Shown: positions 58,292 through 61,970 of the stretch, one piece after another
How positions within the stretch are numbered: position 1 is the stretch's first letter
Layout of the letters: each line of letters opens with the position of its first letter
Notes under the pieces: model-generated
The model's database searches: none
The model's input: the letters and a program-made list of their open reading frames with translations, nothing else
Told to the model about the DNA's origin: nothing
Source of the DNA: Aestuariivirga sp.
Lineage (GTDB): Bacteria > Pseudomonadota > Alphaproteobacteria > Rhizobiales > Aestuariivirgaceae
Length of the DNA stretch: 61,970 nucleotides
Assembly: GCA_046594125.1 (NCBI GenBank)
Contig: JBKJQD010000138.1
Coordinates: 1 to 61,970 of the forward strand
Direction of reading: 5' to 3'
Program-made: the position numbers and the translations under genes

Positions 58292-60999
58292 GTCTTGTCC
58301 GGCATGGCGGCCTTGAGCTTGTAGAGAAGTTCGAGTGCATCCCTCGGCGATAACGCATCCGGAACAATGGCTGCAAGCATCTTCTCGACTGCGCTGCCTC
58401 CGGCTGGCGTTGGTGGCGAGGACTGCGGGCGGGAGGCGGCGAACAGTGGCAGGTCGTCGACGGTGGATTTGTGGGCGTTCGACTTGTCGCTGCGTTCGAG
58501 GAGGTTCAGAACTTCGAAGGCGCGGGCCACCACCGCCTGAGGCAATCCGGCAAGCCTGGCGACCTGGATGCCATAGGAGCGGTCGGCAACACCTGGAACC
58601 ACCTCATGGAGAAACACCACGTCGCCCTTCCATTCCCTCACTTTGACGGTCACGTTGGCGAGATGGTCAAGCCTCGATGAGAGAGCGGTGAGTTCGTGAT
58701 AATGCGTGGCGAAGAGGGCGCGGCAGCGGTTTGACTCGTGCAGGTGCTCAATTGTCGCCCAGGCGATCGACAAGCCATCGAAGGTCGCGGTGCCGCGGCC
58801 GATCTCGTCGAGGATGACGAAAGACCGTGGCGTGGCCTGATTGAGGATGGCGGCCGTCTCGACCATTTCCACCATGAACGTCGAGCGCCCCCGGGCCAGA
58901 TCATCGGCGGCACCAACACGGCTGAACAGCCGGTCGACGATGCCGATATGGGCTTGGTCTGCCGGCACGAAGGAACCCGTCTGGGCGAGAATGACGATGA
59001 GCGCGTTCTGCCGCAGAAATGTGGACTTGCCCGCCATGTTCGGCCCGGTCAGAAGCCACAGGCGGCGGCCTTCGCCTGACAAGACGCAATCATTCGCGAC
59101 AAAGGCGGAATTGCCCTGATCGCGCAACGCCGCCTCGACCACTGGATGGCGGCCGGCCCGCACATCGAATGCTTGCGACATGTCGATCTTCGGCCGCACA
59201 TAGCGACGTCTCGCGGCAAGCTCGGCAAGTGCCGCCGAGACGTCAATCGCCGAAACGGCTTCGGCTTTCTCCGCGAGATTCGCACGTTGTCCGGTTACCG
59301 CTTGAACGAGCGTCAGAAAGATGTCCTGCTCGATGGCCAGAGCCCGCCCTGCCGCCGCCGCGATTCGCTCTTCGAGGGATGCGAGTTCGACAGTCGTGAA
59401 GCGCGCCGCACTCGCCACGGTCTGGCGATGCATGAAGGCCCTGAGGCGCTCGGGATTTTGCAGCACCGCCGCGTGCTGCGCCGGCACCTCGATGAAATAG
59501 CCCAGAACATTGTTGTGGCGGACCTTCAGCGATTTGACGCCGGTCATCTCGGCGTACTTCACTTGCAGATCAGCGATGACCTGGCGTGTCGCATCGCGGA
59601 GCGATCGGTTTTCGTCGAGGTCCGGGGAATGACCGGCTCGAACAAATCCACCGTCTCTGGCTGAAACGGGAAGATCGTCCGCGAGTGCCTCCGAGAGAAG
59701 TTTTGTCAGTCCGATGTCGGCCCCGGCCAGCACGTCCCGGTCCACCGAAATGTTGAATGGCAAGCCGCCGATCGTTTGAACGGAGGCAAGAAGACCAGCC
59801 GCCGTGCTGGCGCAACTCAGCCCGCTTCTGATGGCCGCAAGATCGCGTGGGCCGCCGCGTCCGACCGTCAGCCGCCCGAGGGCCCGCTCGATATCAGGCA
59901 TCCGTGACAGAAGCTCGCGTAAGCCCTTGCGCAGCAGCGCTTCGCTCAGCAAAAAATCAACGCCGTCGAGTCTGGCCGAAATCGCCGCCGCATCGGTCAA
60001 AGGCATGGCCAGCCGCTCGGCCAGGCAGCGCGCCCCGCCCGCCGTCACCGTCAGGTCGATGACCGAGAGCAGGCTGCCCTGGCGCTCGCCCGAAAGGGTC
60101 CGCGTCAGTTCGAGATTGGCGCGCGTTGCCGGGTCGATCAAAAGCGATCCCGAGGCCTCATGGCGGCGTGGTGCCCGCAAATGCGGCAGCCGTCCGACCT
60201 GGGTGAGAATCACATATTCAACAAGCCCGCCAAGTGCGGCAATCTCGGCCTTTGAAAACGCTCCAAAAGCATCAAGCGCCGCGATACCGAAATGCTCCCG
60301 CAACCGGCGGTCCGCCGCAACCGAGTCGAAACGGATCGACGGGAACGGGGTGATCGCCGCCCCGCCGGCGCTGACGATCTGTTCGATGGCGGCCTCGGCC
60401 AGCAGCGCGTCGGGCACCACGATTTCACGGCCGTCGAGACCGGCCAGATCGCTGGCAAGCCGCTCTTGCGTGGTGGTCATCACCAGCAGGTCGCCTGCCG
60501 AAATATCGGCCCAGGCCAGCGCCATTTCGCCGGAACTCCTGATCCGGGCGATGGCGCAAAGATAGTTGTGGGCCCGCGAATCCAGCAGCGAATCTTCGGT
60601 CAGCGTTCCGGGCGTGACAAGGCGCACGACGTCGCGGCGCACCACCGATTTCGAACCGCGCTTGCGGGCTTCCGCCGGGTCTTCCATCTGCTCGCAGACG
60701 GCAACCCGGTGTCCCATGCGGATCAGCCGCTGCAGGTAGCCATCGGCTGCATGCACCGGCACGCCGCACATGGGAATATCTTCGCCGAGATGCTTGCCGC
60801 GCTTGGTGAGTGCAATCCCAAGATCGCGCGCCGCCGCTTCGGCATCGGCGAAGAAAAGTTCATAGAAATCGCCCATCCTGTAGAACAGCAGGCAGTCCGC
60901 ATGGGCTTTTTTGATTTCCAGAAATTGCGCCATCACCGGCGTGGTCCGGGCTTGGTCCGCGTCCGCTGCCGGTTCGGCGCTGGCAAAAACCTGGTTCAT
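58288..60999 (-). CDS. mutS: DNA mismatch repair protein MutS
   Basis: GDFYELF, GPNMAGKST, STFMVEM, DEIGRGT, SYGI.VA and DLPLF motifs. Confidence 0.98.
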   Translation of the reverse strand: MNQVFASAEPAADADQARTTPVMAQFLEIKKAHADCLLFYRMGDFYELFFADAEAAARDLGIALTKRGKHLGEDIPMCGVPVHAADGYLQRLIRMGHRVAVCEQMEDPAEARKRGSKSVVRRDVVRLVTPGTLTEDSLLDSRAHNYLCAIARIRSSGEMALAWADISAGDLLVMTTTQERLASDLAGLDGREIVVPDALLAEAAIEQIVSAGGAAITPFPSIRFDSVAADRRLREHFGIAALDAFGAFSKAEIAALGGLVEYVILTQVGRLPHLRAPRRHEASGSLLIDPATRANLELTRTLSGERQGSLLSVIDLTVTAGGARCLAERLAMPLTDAAAISARLDGVDFLLSEALLRKGLRELLSRMPDIERALGRLTVGRGGPRDLAAIRSGLSCASTAAGLLASVQTIGGLPFNISVDRDVLAGADIGLTKLLSEALADDLPVSARDGGFVRAGHSPDLDENRSLRDATRQVIADLQVKYAEMTGVKSLKVRHNNVLGYFIEVPAQHAAVLQNPERLRAFMHRQTVASAARFTTVELASLEERIAAAAGRALAIEQDIFLTLVQAVTGQRANLAEKAEAVSAIDVSAALAELAARRRYVRPKIDMSQAFDVRAGRHPVVEAALRDQGNSAFVANDCVLSGEGRRLWLLTGPNMAGKSTFLRQNALIVILAQTGSFVPADQAHIGIVDRLFSRVGAADDLARGRSTFMVEMVETAAILNQATPRSFVILDEIGRGTATFDGLSIAWATIEHLHESNRCRALFATHYHELTALSSRLDHLANVTVKVREWKGDVVFLHEVVPGVADRSYGIQVARLAGLPQAVVARAFEVLNLLERSDKSNAHKSTVDDLPLFAASRPQSSPPTPAGGSAVEKMLAAIVPDALSPRDALELLYKLKAAMPDKT

Positions 61000-61124
61000 G
61001 ACCTTATCTCTAGCAGGAAACCATTATAAACCTGCAACCTGGATGTAATTCAATGGGCTTGAGTGCTCAGCCGCATGTCTCTAGTCTCTGGCGCTTAATG
61101 GACGGCCGTGCGGGGATGAGTGCG

Positions 61125-61970
61125 ATGGTGACCGAGAAGAAGCAAGGCAAGCGCCCCACGTTCACCGACGAGGAGGCCCTGCAATTCCACCAGATGGGCA
61201 AGCCCGGCAAGCTGGAAATCACTCCGACAAAGCCGATGGCGACCCAGCGTGACCTGTCGCTGGCCTACAGCCCCGGCGTCGCCGTTCCGGTGCGCAAGAT
61301 CGCCGAAAATCCCGACGCGGCCTACGACTATACGGCCAAGGGCAATCTCGTGGCTGTCATATCGAACGGCACGGCCATTCTGGGCTTGGGAGATCTCGGC
61401 GCCTTGGCCTCGAAGCCAGTCATGGAAGGCAAGGCCGTGCTGTTCAAGCGCTTTGCTGATGTTGATGCGATTGATCTGGAGGTTGACACCAGGGATGTCG
61501 ATCAATTTATCAATGCGGTGAGGTATCTCGGCCCAACCTTCGGCGGCATCAATCTGGAGGATATCAAGGCGCCGGAATGTTTTGTCATCGAACAACGCCT
61601 GCGCGAGCTGATGGACATACCCGTCTTCCATGACGATCAGCACGGCACCGCGATCGTCGCCGCCGCCGGGCTGCTGAACGCCATCCACCTGACCGGGCGC
61701 GACATCAAGACGACCAAGCTGGTGATCAACGGTGCCGGCGCCGCTTCCATCGCCTGCGCCGAACTGGTCAAGGCCATGGGCATGCGGCCCGAACATGTTT
61801 TGCTGTGCGATACCAAGGGCGTGATCTGGCGCGACCGCCAGGAAGGCATGAACCAGTGGAAATCCGCCCATGCGGTGGAGACCAAGGCGCGCACCCTGAC
61901 CCAGGCGCTGGATGGCGCGGACGTGTTCTTCGGCCTGTCGGTGAAGGGCGCGCTGACAGCCGAGATGGTG
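61125..61970 (+). CDS. maeB: NADP-dependent malic enzyme, 5' part (runs off the window edge; absent from the ORF track)
   Basis: Hand translation gives [22 protein letters not shown]...[11 protein letters not shown]...NGTAILGLG...[10 protein letters not shown]...[11 protein letters not shown]...FHDDQHGTA. Confidence 0.93.
   Translation, partial: MVTEKKQGKRPTFTDEEALQFHQMGKPGKLEITPTKPMATQRDLSLAYSPGVAVPVRKIAENPDAAYDYTAKGNLVAVISNGTAILGLGDLGALASKPVMEGKAVLFKRFADVDAIDLEVDTRDVDQFINAVRYLGPTFGGINLEDIKAPECFVIEQRLRELMDIPVFHDDQHGTAIVAAAGLLNAIHLTGRDIKTTKLVINGAGAASIACAELVKAMGMRPEHVLLCDTKGVIWRDRQEGMNQWKSAHAVETKARTLTQALDGADVFFGLSVKGALTAEMV

Noticed and set aside
1-61970. CRISPR arrays, IS elements, prophage genes, rRNA, riboswitches
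   Set aside because: None recognised by eye. Intergenic space is minimal, but a covariance-model search would be needed to exclude small ncRNAs, for example in 24833-24961 or 61000-61124.

Overview
This window is the core chromosome around the replication origin of a GC-rich alphaproteobacterium, with a Hyphomicrobiales (Rhizobiales)-like gene order. The hemE-hemJ-rho-mnmE-mnmG-rsmG-parA-parB block runs leftward and the dikinase-regulator-maf-aroE-coaE-dnaQ block runs rightward from a 363-bp non-coding gap (26428-26790). The gap has the hallmarks of oriC: DnaA-box-like 9-mers, a perfect CtrA box, AT-rich tracts, a DnaA-trio-like array and GANTC sites. Two parS sites are visible, at 22127-22148 and inside rsmG at 20155-20178. 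The rest is about 70 tightly packed housekeeping genes (his, fab, coa, ubi, hslVU, secB, purH, mutS, glnD, murJ, Moco and repair genes), one tRNA-Leu(CAA), and one low-GC islet carrying a DMT transporter. I found no CRISPR array, transposase, integrase, prophage or recognisable multi-gene defence system, and I cannot support a large novel system here. The best leads are small: (1) an NrdR-box-like palindrome on the promoter of a stand-alone HNH nuclease; (2) a parS inside the rsmG reading frame whose single mismatch creates a CcrM GANTC site; (3) a 39-aa ORF between hslV and hslU that is missing from the ORF track and overlaps the hslV stop; (4) a TusA-amidinotransferase pair divergent from MOSC-mobA-mobB. 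Start codons were adjusted by eye where the ORF track over-extends. Product calls rest on recognised motifs and synteny, not on database searches.
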